55,533 nt of DNA from positions 1 through 55,533 of the forward strand of contig DATBOX010000162.1 in NCBI GenBank assembly GCA_036561685.1, read 5' to 3'. Of this stretch, positions 17,609-25,406 are shown one piece after another (positions within the stretch are counted from its first letter, which is position 1; each line of letters opens with the position of its first letter). The stretch is from Candidatus Limnocylindrales bacterium (GTDB lineage Bacteria > Chloroflexota > Limnocylindria > Limnocylindrales > CSP1-4). The notes below the pieces were generated by a model, which did not search any database, was not told the origin of the DNA, and saw nothing but the letters and a program-made list of their open reading frames with translations. A program made the translations under genes and the position numbers.

Positions 17609-18097
17609 CTATGCCGGGCGCTGCGTCGGCGCCGCGGGCGCGGGCCGTGCTTCGATCGCGGTCCGGCCGGTCGCGGGGTCGCGCCAGATCGCCCCACGGG
17701 CCTGCACCCCGTCAAGGAGGCCCTCCTCCAGGTAGACGGGGTACTTCCAGGACTGCAGCACCTTGGCCTCCTGGCCGGGATAGCCCAGGCGTTCCCGGAC
17801 GACCTTGTCGGTGTAGTAGGCGCCCACGACCACCAGCAGGAGCGCCGCGTGGGCGTCTGGCTGGTCGCGCTCCAGGCCCGCCAGCCGCGCGGCGGGATCC
17901 TCCGGCAAGCCTGTCACGAGCGCGGTCCGGAGCGGCTCGACGAGGTCGGGGCGGGCCTCGAGCGCGAAGCGCAGGCGCTTGTCGTCGATGACGTCCCCGG
18001 CCGAGGGCATGCCGTGCGCCGCGGGGATGAGATGTGCCGCCAGCGCGGTCAGCGTCGCCCGCTGGCCGGCATCGAAACGGTCCAGGGCGTCGCTCAC
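17609..18097 (-). CDS. Small partner subunit of GMC oxidoreductase (gluconate 2-dehydrogenase subunit-3-like), without a Tat signal
   Basis: 162 aa. These are the last codons of track ORF 17609..19162. The GTG at 18095-18097 overlaps the GMC stop (GTGA). ATLTALAAHLIPAAHGMPSAGDV resembles the conserved N-terminal motif of that family as I remember it. The assignment is moderate. Confidence 0.65.
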   Translation of the reverse strand: MSDALDRFDAGQRATLTALAAHLIPAAHGMPSAGDVIDDKRLRFALEARPDLVEPLRTALVTGLPEDPAARLAGLERDQPDAHAALLLVVVGAYYTDKVVRERLGYPGQEAKVLQSWKYPVYLEEGLLDGVQARGAIWRDPATGRTAIEARPAPAAPTQRPA

Positions 18098-19707
18098 GCC
18101 GGCACCTGCTGGTCGGCCCGCGTCTCGACCATGTGGTCGGCCGCCCGCAGCGCCAGTGAGACGATGGAGGAGGTCGGATTGACGCCGGCGGAGGTCACGA
18201 AGCAGCTGCCGTCGACGACGTACAGGTTGGGCACATCGTGGGCGCGGTTCCAGCGGTCCAGCACGGACGTCTTCGGATCGTCGCCCATGCGCGCGGTGCC
18301 CAGCAGGTGCCAGCCCGAGTAGCGCATCAGGCGGTCGACCTCGACCGTGTGGGCGCCGGCCTCCTTGAGCGACTGCGTGGCCATCTCGATGTGGAAGTCC
18401 AGCAAGCGCCGCGAGTTCTCGGAGACCTTGTAATGGATCTCGGGGGCGGGGATGCCGGACGCGTCGGTCAGGGTGGGCGACAGCGCGACCTGGTTGGCCG
18501 GATCGGGCAGGTCCTCGCCGAAGAGGCCCCAGTTCGCGCCCCGGCCCAGGTGCGAGCGGACGTGTAGGTGGTGGTCGGGGCCCCAGACCTGCGTCCCGGC
18601 GCGGCTGGGCAGGGCCGCGTTGATCGGCCCGAAGGTGGGCGCGAGGCCCCACTTGGCGCCCCGCAGGAAGCCCCGCCGCTCGTCCGTCTCGTAGAACTGG
18701 AAGGACTCGATGGAGCAGCCGAACTGGCCCTGCCAGCTCTCCAGGTCCTCGTCGAAGAGCCCGCCCACGTTGGCGAAGGGATGCATCATCAGCCGCCGCC
18801 CGACGAGCCCGGACGAGTTGGCCAGGCCGTCCGGATGAGCCGGCGAGGCCGAGAGCAGCAGCAGGCGCGGCGTGCCGATGGCGTTCGCGGCGAGGACCAC
18901 GACCCGGGCCGGCTCGAAGTGCTCCAGGCCCTCGCGATCGAGCCACGTGGCGCCCGTGACCAGCCCGGCCTTGTCGGTCTCCAGCCGCCGCACGCGGGCG
19001 CCGGTCACGAGCCGGGCGCCGGCGGCGATGGCCTTGGGCCAGTGGGTCAGGTCGGTGGAGGCCTTGGCGCCCTCGTTGCAGCCCTGCTGGCAGGTGCCGC
19101 GCTGGACGCAGGGGCGGCGCCCGTCGTAGGGCACCGACAAGATGGAGTTGGGCTCGGGCCACCAGTGCCAGCCCAGGCGGGCGTGGGCACGCGCGACCTT
19201 CAGGCCGCCCGCGCCGATGGGCAGCGGCGGCAGCGGCGGATCCTCGCCGCCGGCCGGGTAGGCCGGGTCACCACCCATGCCCGAGACGCCGAACTCGCGG
19301 TCGGTCCGCTCGTAGTAGGGCCGCAGCTCCTGGTAGTCGAGCGGCCAGTCGTCGGCGATGCCGTCAAGGGAGCGGACGCGGAAGTCGGAGGGCAGCATGC
19401 GTGGCCAGGCCCCGGCGAAGATGAGCATCGAGCCGCCGACGGCCGAGTACATGAGCGGCGAGATCTCGGCGTCCGTCTCGTCGATGGGGTAGTCCTGGGC
19501 CAGGCCGCGGACGTTCGGGCTGGTCGACCACTGCTTGCGCATGGTCAGCTCCCAGTCCAGCTCGGGGCCGCGGTACTCGGCCTTGTCGTGCCAGTCACCC
19601 TGCTCCAGGCAGACGACGCGGAAGCCGGCCTCGGTGAGCCGTCGCGCCACGACGCCGCCCGACGCGCCGGCACCGACGATCAGGACATCCGCGGGTTCCG
19701 TCGCCAA
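18094..19707 (-). CDS. GMC-family FAD-dependent oxidoreductase
   Basis: 537 aa with TTG start and GGAAGGAG 9 nt upstream. DVLIVGAGASGGVVARRL (Rossmann fold) and the C-terminal HLLGTARMG...NLYVVDGS are present. Confidence 0.9.
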   Translation of the reverse strand: MATEPADVLIVGAGASGGVVARRLTEAGFRVVCLEQGDWHDKAEYRGPELDWELTMRKQWSTSPNVRGLAQDYPIDETDAEISPLMYSAVGGSMLIFAGAWPRMLPSDFRVRSLDGIADDWPLDYQELRPYYERTDREFGVSGMGGDPAYPAGGEDPPLPPLPIGAGGLKVARAHARLGWHWWPEPNSILSVPYDGRRPCVQRGTCQQGCNEGAKASTDLTHWPKAIAAGARLVTGARVRRLETDKAGLVTGATWLDREGLEHFEPARVVVLAANAIGTPRLLLLSASPAHPDGLANSSGLVGRRLMMHPFANVGGLFDEDLESWQGQFGCSIESFQFYETDERRGFLRGAKWGLAPTFGPINAALPSRAGTQVWGPDHHLHVRSHLGRGANWGLFGEDLPDPANQVALSPTLTDASGIPAPEIHYKVSENSRRLLDFHIEMATQSLKEAGAHTVEVDRLMRYSGWHLLGTARMGDDPKTSVLDRWNRAHDVPNLYVVDGSCFVTSAGVNPTSSIVSLALRAADHMVETRADQQVPA

Positions 19708-19730
19708 GAGGGTGACTCCTTCCGCGACGG

Positions 19731-19748
19731 ATAGTAAACCTTATCTAT
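19731..19748. promoter_or_regulatory. AT-rich pseudo-palindrome (ATAGTAAACCTTATCTAT), a candidate operator/promoter element
   Basis: This is the only AT-rich patch in the 69-nt gap upstream of the GMC gene. The symmetry is ATAG-N2-AA-N2-TT-N2-CTAT. Confidence 0.3.
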
Positions 19749-19776
19749 GGGGCTCTCGCGGCCGATCCAGCAGCCC

Positions 19777-20670
19777 TCAGCGCCCCTTGGCGTAACCCAG
19801 CGCGGTCAGCTTGTCCCACAGCGACGCGGCGTTGAGGGTCTGGATGTGATCCATCATGTAGCCCTGACCCACGTCGACCGGGTAGCGCTCGTCGAAGCGG
19901 ACGCGCGCGATCGTCTCCTCGCGCGTCCAGCCCTTGGCCACGGCCGCGGCGACGGCGGCCTTCCAGTCGAGCAGGACCGAGCGCTGCGTCTCGATGTACC
20001 GCAGCGTCGTGACCGGCCCGTGCCCCGGCACCAGGATGTCCACGTCCAGCTGGCGGATGCGCTCGAGCGACTCCAGCCACTGGTCCACGTTGGAGGTCAT
20101 GAGCCAGGTCTGGCACTCGCAGAAGATCGTGTCGCCGGTGAAGACGACCCGCTCCTCCGGCACGTGGACGGCGACCTGGCCGGGGGTGTGGCCGGGCGTG
20201 TACAGCAGGTTGAAGGTGTGGTCGCCGACGCGGAGCGTCAGGTCGCCGGTGAAGACGACCGTGCCCTTGTTGGGGTCGGCGTAGTACGTCTCCCGGTCGG
20301 GCACGATGCGGGCCGCCTCGGGGTCGTCGGTCGGGATCGCCTCCAGGGCGTAGGCGTAGGGGTCCAGGTCGGGCGTGGGGACCATGAAGTTGTCGAACAG
20401 GCCGCGGTGCTCGACGACCGTGCCGGCGCCCTTGAAGAAGTAGTTGCCGAAGATGTGGTCGACGTGGTGCTCGGTGTTGATGAGGTAGCGGATCGGGCCG
20501 TGGCTCTCCGCCTCGCGGCGCATCGCCACGGCGCGCGTCGGCAACTGCGGCGTGTCGATGACGACGACGCCCTCGGAGGTCGCGACGAAGCTGGGATTGC
20601 AGCCCCGGAGGCGGGTCGTCGTGAAGACGTGGGGCGTCACTCGCTCCATCATCGAGGCCGCCTGTTCCAT
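19777..20670 (-). CDS. MBL-fold metallo-hydrolase
   Basis: 297 aa. TEHHVDH (HxHxDH), TPGHTPG and VPGHG are present. GGAGGA lies 6 nt upstream of the ATG. Confidence 0.85.
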   Translation of the reverse strand: MEQAASMMERVTPHVFTTTRLRGCNPSFVATSEGVVVIDTPQLPTRAVAMRREAESHGPIRYLINTEHHVDHIFGNYFFKGAGTVVEHRGLFDNFMVPTPDLDPYAYALEAIPTDDPEAARIVPDRETYYADPNKGTVVFTGDLTLRVGDHTFNLLYTPGHTPGQVAVHVPEERVVFTGDTIFCECQTWLMTSNVDQWLESLERIRQLDVDILVPGHGPVTTLRYIETQRSVLLDWKAAVAAAVAKGWTREETIARVRFDERYPVDVGQGYMMDHIQTLNAASLWDKLTALGYAKGR

Positions 20671-20689
20671 GCTGGGTCCTCCGATCCGG

Positions 20690-21490
20690 CTATTGGGTCG
20701 CCGTCAGGCCGCCGTCGATCCCCAGCACCTGGCCGGTGATGAAGGACGCCGCGTCCGAGCACAGGAAGATGGCCGGCCCCGCCAGGTCGCGGGTCTCGCC
20801 CACCCGGCCCAGGGGGATGCGGCCGACGATGCCCGCCTTGAAGGCGGGATCGGCCAGGAGCGTGGCCACCTGCGGCGTGTCGACGAAGGTGGGCATGATG
20901 GCGTTCACCCGGATGGCGTAACGGGCCCATTCGGTCGCCCACTGGCGCGTCAGCGAGCTGATGGCGCCCTTGGCCGCGACATAGGCGGAGTAGCCGGCGT
21001 TGATGCCCAGGTTGGCCCGCACCGACGAGATGTTGAGGACGGCGCCGCCATGGCCGCGCTCGATCATGTGGCGCACGACCGGCTGGGTGGGCACGATCGT
21101 GCTGCGCAGGTTGAGCTCCATGATCCAGTCCCAGTCCTGGCGCGGGTAGGCCTCGGCCGGATGGAGGACCTTGCCGGCGCCGCCACCGACGGCGTTGACC
21201 AGGATGTCGATCGCGCCGAAGTGATCGACCACATGGGCCACCGCGGCCTCCGCCGAGGCCTCGTCGGTCACGTCGGCGAGCACCGCCACGGCCTCCCCGC
21301 CGACGCCCTTCACCCGCTGCACCGCGACATCGAGCGTCTCCGCCGTCCGTCCCACGACCGCGATGCGCGCACCGGCCCCGGCCAGGGCCTCGGCCAGGGC
21401 CGCTCCGATGCCGCCCCCGCCGCCGGTCACGATAGCGACCCGTCCGGCCAGGCTGAAGACGTCGAGGCCGGCCATACCCTGCTCGCTCAT
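20690..21490 (-). CDS. SDR-family oxidoreductase
   Basis: 266 aa. VTGGGGGIGAALA, NAVG and YVAAKGA are present. The start overlaps the transaldolase stop (21487-21490). Confidence 0.9.
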   Translation of the reverse strand: MSEQGMAGLDVFSLAGRVAIVTGGGGGIGAALAEALAGAGARIAVVGRTAETLDVAVQRVKGVGGEAVAVLADVTDEASAEAAVAHVVDHFGAIDILVNAVGGGAGKVLHPAEAYPRQDWDWIMELNLRSTIVPTQPVVRHMIERGHGGAVLNISSVRANLGINAGYSAYVAAKGAISSLTRQWATEWARYAIRVNAIMPTFVDTPQVATLLADPAFKAGIVGRIPLGRVGETRDLAGPAIFLCSDAASFITGQVLGIDGGLTATQ

Positions 21491-22587
21491 GCCGGCCGCA
21501 CGTCGGGGTCCGGCAGCATCACGTCGCGGACGGCGCCGACGAGGTCGTGGTACGACCGGATGAAGCCGCGCAGGGTGCGCACCGTCGCGCCGTACGTGTC
21601 GAACTCGGGGATCGAGAGGCCGTCGGGCTCGCAGGCTCGCCCGAAGTCGGGGATCCGGGCGGCCAGGTCGGCCACGAGGTCCGGGTCGACCGGCACGTCG
21701 ATGCGCGGCTGCGGGTCGATGCCGCTCTCGTTGAAGCGGACCTGCCAGGCGTGCGGCATGGTCAGGATGACGTCGCCGCCGACGAGCTCCGTCCAGTGGA
21801 GCCGGTGGCGATACGCCGCCGCGAGCAGGCGCGTCCGGTAGCCCCGCTCCCGGTAGATGCTGACGGCGCGCTTGAAGGCCGCGATGCCGGCCCAGTCGAG
21901 CGCATCGGGGTCGATGGCGACGCCGTCCCGCTCGACCAGCACGCGCATCCAGTCATCCAGCCGGCCGATCATCATCGTGCACACCGGCGACATGGCCGAG
22001 ACATCGCCGCCCGACGCCGTCCGCGTCTCGAGCCCCCGCTCCACCGCCTCCCCCACCGCCAGGGCCTGGGCGACGGTGAAGCTGACCGTGGCGTTGATGT
22101 TCACGCCTTCGGCGGTCGCCCGCTCCAGGGCCTGCAGGCCGGCGCTGGTGGCCGGGAACTTGACCTGGATGTTCGGGGCGAGGCCGGCGAAGTGGCGGCC
22201 CTGGCTCAGCATCCGGTCGGCGTTGCGGTAGTTGGCCGGGTCGGTCTGCAGCGACAGGCGGCCCTTGCGTCCGCCCGTGGCGCGGAAGACCGGTTCCAGG
22301 ACCGCGGCGCCGCTGACCGCCATCTCCTCGACCAGCGCCCAGGTCAGGTCCACCTCGGTCCAGGACGGGTTCCCGGCGATGAGCTGGGCCAGCCGCGGCA
22401 GCCAGTGCGCCTTCTCCTTGCGCATGACCTCGAGGACGATCGTGGGGTTGGAGGTGGCACCGGTCGCGCCGCGCGCGACGGCGTACTGCAGCTCCTCCAC
22501 CGCGCAGGAGTCGTTCCAGTAGTCGGTGGGTGTGTCCCTGACCATCGCCGCGAGCGGGCTGCGGGCCGGCGCCTCTGCCTGGGTCAT
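21487..22587 (-). CDS. Transaldolase-family protein
   Basis: 366 aa. GATSNPTIV, LSLQTDP, IQVKFPAT (Schiff-base Lys) and NATVSFT are present. Confidence 0.85.
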   Translation of the reverse strand: MTQAEAPARSPLAAMVRDTPTDYWNDSCAVEELQYAVARGATGATSNPTIVLEVMRKEKAHWLPRLAQLIAGNPSWTEVDLTWALVEEMAVSGAAVLEPVFRATGGRKGRLSLQTDPANYRNADRMLSQGRHFAGLAPNIQVKFPATSAGLQALERATAEGVNINATVSFTVAQALAVGEAVERGLETRTASGGDVSAMSPVCTMMIGRLDDWMRVLVERDGVAIDPDALDWAGIAAFKRAVSIYRERGYRTRLLAAAYRHRLHWTELVGGDVILTMPHAWQVRFNESGIDPQPRIDVPVDPDLVADLAARIPDFGRACEPDGLSIPEFDTYGATVRTLRGFIRSYHDLVGAVRDVMLPDPDVRPA

Positions 22588-22610
22588 ATGGGGATGGTAT
22601 CATCATCATC

Positions 22611-22624
22611 GATAATCGATTATC
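22611..22624. promoter_or_regulatory. Perfect 14-bp palindrome GATAATCGATTATC in a 53-bp divergent intergenic region, a candidate operator
   Basis: Read directly from the sequence; it is its own reverse complement. It is centred 23-24 nt upstream of the ABM ATG (22641) and about 30 nt upstream of the transaldolase ATG (22587). Confidence 0.5.
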
Positions 22625-22640
22625 CGTACCGGCAGGTCAC

Positions 22641-22928
22641 ATGTCATACGTCGTCACGGCCACCTGGAAAGCGAAGCCCGGCGAGGAAGAGGCCGTCCGC
22701 GAGCTCCTGGGCCGCATCGCCGCCGCCTCGCGGGAAGAGCCGGGCTGCCTGGCCTTCTGGGCCCACCGGTCCGTGGCCGAGCGCGGCACGTTCTTCCTCT
22801 ACGAGCAGTACACGTCCGAGCAGGCCTTCCGGGAGCATGCGGCGTCGGCTCACGTCCGGGACATCGTCCTGGACGACGCCGTCGCCCGGCTGGCCGTCCG
22901 GCAGCGCGAGTTCTTCGAGACGCTCTGA
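22641..22928 (+). CDS. ABM-domain (antibiotic biosynthesis / quinol-type) monooxygenase
   Basis: 95 aa. MSYVVTATWKAKPGEEEAVRELL...EPGCLAFWAHRS......FFLYEQYTSEQAFREHAASAH is the classic YgiN-like ABM pattern. Confidence 0.85.
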   Translation: MSYVVTATWKAKPGEEEAVRELLGRIAAASREEPGCLAFWAHRSVAERGTFFLYEQYTSEQAFREHAASAHVRDIVLDDAVARLAVRQREFFETL

Positions 22929-22942
22929 AGGAGGCCCCGGCC

Positions 22943-24697
22943 ATGGCGGAGACGGAGGAGATCCTGGGCCAGTTCCTGGGCGACGCGTCGTTCCCCGTCG
23001 CCTGGGCTTCCGACGTCGAGAAGGGCTTCTTCTGGGTCTTCGACGACCTCCACTGCCCCCACCCCATCAGCCCCATGTTCTTCGACATCGGGGGCTGGTG
23101 GCTGAGCTGCGATCACATGTTCCGCCGCTTCGGCACGCCGTTCGCGGTCGACTGGCTGGCCAAGAACGTCAACGGCTACGTCTACACCACGGCCATCCCG
23201 GCCGATCCCGACCTGCGCATCGACGCCACCGAGTACAGCGCCCGCTACGGGGCACGGGTGCCGCGCGATGCCACCTACGCCTCGACGATCGGGCCGTATC
23301 TGGACGCCGTGCTGCCCGTGTACGGCCAGCACTTCGCCGACTGGTGGCGCGAGCGGCTGCGCCCGGAGATGGAGCGCAACTTCGCCTTCCTGGAGGGTCG
23401 CCTGGATGAGGCCGAGCGGCTGAGCCTGCCCGAGATGGCCTGCGTCCTGGAGGACGCCATCGACATCCACGACCGCCACTGGAAGATCCACTGGATGCTC
23501 AACTTCGCCCAGCTGTCGGCCACGCTCAACCTGCGGGCGGTCATGGAGCGCACCCGGGGCAGCGTCGACGAGAGCCTGCTGGGGCGACTGCAGAACTCGG
23601 CCTCGGATCGCAACTGGGACTCCATCGAGGCCCTCTGGCGCCTGAAGAACGAGGTCCGCGACGACGCGTTGCTGCGGGCCGCGTTCGGGGCGACCGGGCC
23701 GGGCGAGATCGGCCGGGCCCTGCAGGCCTCCGAACGGGGCCGCCGCTTCATCAGCGAGCGAGTCGAGCCGTACCAGCGCGAGTTCGGCTGGCACGCCGTG
23801 TGGAGCCACGAGTTCATCTACCCCACCGCGCGCGAGGACATGGGCCCGGTCCTGGAGTTGGTGCGGGGCTACCTGGACACCGACTACGACTACCCCTCGG
23901 CTATCGAGGCCATGCGGCGCGACATCGCCGCCGCCTCACAGGAGATCCTGGCTGGACTCAGCGGCGAGGCCCTGGAGGCGATGCGCGCGGCCAACGAGGT
24001 CAACCTGCGCATGGCGCCGCTGACGCCGGACCACCACTTCTACATCGACCAGGGCGCCAACGCGCACGTGCGCCTGGTGCTCATGGCCATCGGCCGCAAG
24101 CTCGTCGCCGACGGCCGGCTGGACCAGCCCGACGACGTCATGTTCCTGCGCTACAACGAGCTGCGAGCGCTCATCGGGGCGGCCGGGTCCATCGACGCGC
24201 GCGGCCTCATCGGCACGCGACGGGCGGAGCGCAAGGTCGCCGAGGCCATCCATCCGCGTGACTGGGTCGGCACCGTCACCCCGTCGCAGCTGGCCTTCCC
24301 CTACCTCGTCAACTGGGGCTACCCCGACCGGTTCTACCAGCAGCAGTCGGCCGACGACCGCCGCATCACCGGCATCGGGGCGTCACCCGGCACGATCGAG
24401 GGCACCGCGCGGGTCGTCCTCACGGTGGAGGAGTTCGACGAGGTCCGCGAGGGCGACATCCTCGTCTGCCAGATGACCAACCCGGCCTGGGTCGTGCTGT
24501 TCACCAAGATCGCCGGGCTCGTCACCGACACCGGCGGCCTGACCTCGCACCCGGCCGTCCTGTCGCGCGAGTTCGGCATCCCGGCCGTCATCGGCACGTC
24601 GATCGCCACCCACCGCATCTCCACCGGCGACCGCCTCCGCCTGGACGGGTCGGCGGGCGTGGTGGAGATCCTGGCCCGCGCGCGGCTCGCCACCTAG
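22943..24697 (+). CDS. PEP-utilising-enzyme mobile (phosphohistidine swivel) domain protein with an unassigned ~450-aa N-domain; PpsA-like architecture, no ATP-grasp
   Basis: 584 aa. The C-terminal ~90 aa read ITGIGASPGTIEGTARVV...ILVCQMTNPAWVVLFTKIAGLVTDTGGLTSHPAVLSREFGIPAVIG (His536 at 24548-24550). I recognise no ATP-grasp motifs in the N-terminal region. A substrate domain followed by a C-terminal swivel His is the layout of phenylphosphate synthase alpha and of the C-terminal two thirds of rifampicin phosphotransferase. Confidence 0.85.
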   Translation: MAETEEILGQFLGDASFPVAWASDVEKGFFWVFDDLHCPHPISPMFFDIGGWWLSCDHMFRRFGTPFAVDWLAKNVNGYVYTTAIPADPDLRIDATEYSARYGARVPRDATYASTIGPYLDAVLPVYGQHFADWWRERLRPEMERNFAFLEGRLDEAERLSLPEMACVLEDAIDIHDRHWKIHWMLNFAQLSATLNLRAVMERTRGSVDESLLGRLQNSASDRNWDSIEALWRLKNEVRDDALLRAAFGATGPGEIGRALQASERGRRFISERVEPYQREFGWHAVWSHEFIYPTAREDMGPVLELVRGYLDTDYDYPSAIEAMRRDIAAASQEILAGLSGEALEAMRAANEVNLRMAPLTPDHHFYIDQGANAHVRLVLMAIGRKLVADGRLDQPDDVMFLRYNELRALIGAAGSIDARGLIGTRRAERKVAEAIHPRDWVGTVTPSQLAFPYLVNWGYPDRFYQQQSADDRRITGIGASPGTIEGTARVVLTVEEFDEVREGDILVCQMTNPAWVVLFTKIAGLVTDTGGLTSHPAVLSREFGIPAVIGTSIATHRISTGDRLRLDGSAGVVEILARARLAT

Positions 24698-24710
24698 GAG
24701 GCTGGTCACG

Positions 24711-25406
24711 ATGGCCGGCGTCGTGTCGCGCAGCGTGCTGGCGGACCAGATCCGCGACCACCTGCTCGAGGGCATCCTGAGCGGCCGCTTCCCGCCCCAC
24801 TCGCGCATCGTGGAGACGCAGGTGGCCCGTGAGCTCGGCACGAGCCAGGCCCCCGTCCGCGAGGCGTTGCGCGCCCTGGAGGGGATCGGTGTCGTGCAGA
24901 TCTCACCCTTCCGCGGCGCGCGGGTGCGGCGGCCCAGCCGGCAGGAGCTGCTGGGGGCCTACAGCGTCCGGGCCGCCCTGGAGGTGCTGGGGGCCCGCCA
25001 GGCCGTGCCGCGCATGACCGACACCGACGTGGCCGAGTTGCTCGGCTTTGGCGAGGCCATGGAGACCGCCGCCCGGGCGGGCGACGGGCGGGCCGTGGCG
25101 GAGGCCGACGCCGCCTTCCACGGCCGCATCGTCGAGCTGGCCGCCAATCCGACCCTGCTCGGCATGTGGCAGTCACTCGCGCCGTTCTCGCGCACCTACA
25201 TGAGCCTGGTCGGGCCGGGCGCCGACCCCGAATGGTCGGCCCACCTGCACGCGCCGATCCTCGACGGGTTGCGGGCGCGGGACGTGGAGGCCGTCGTGCA
25301 GGCGCTGGAGACCCACTTCGTCGAGGCACGTGAGAACATGGCCGGGCGCCTCGCCGAGGCCGGCGATCCGGCCGGGGACGCCGTCGGAGCACAAGGGAGA
25401 GCATGA
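24711..25406 (+). CDS. GntR-family transcriptional regulator (FadR/FCD subfamily)
   Basis: 231 aa. It has the wHTH ETQVARELGTSQAPVREALRALEGIGVV followed by an all-helical FCD-type C-domain (AFHGRIVELAANP). Confidence 0.9.
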   Translation: MAGVVSRSVLADQIRDHLLEGILSGRFPPHSRIVETQVARELGTSQAPVREALRALEGIGVVQISPFRGARVRRPSRQELLGAYSVRAALEVLGARQAVPRMTDTDVAELLGFGEAMETAARAGDGRAVAEADAAFHGRIVELAANPTLLGMWQSLAPFSRTYMSLVGPGADPEWSAHLHAPILDGLRARDVEAVVQALETHFVEARENMAGRLAEAGDPAGDAVGAQGRA

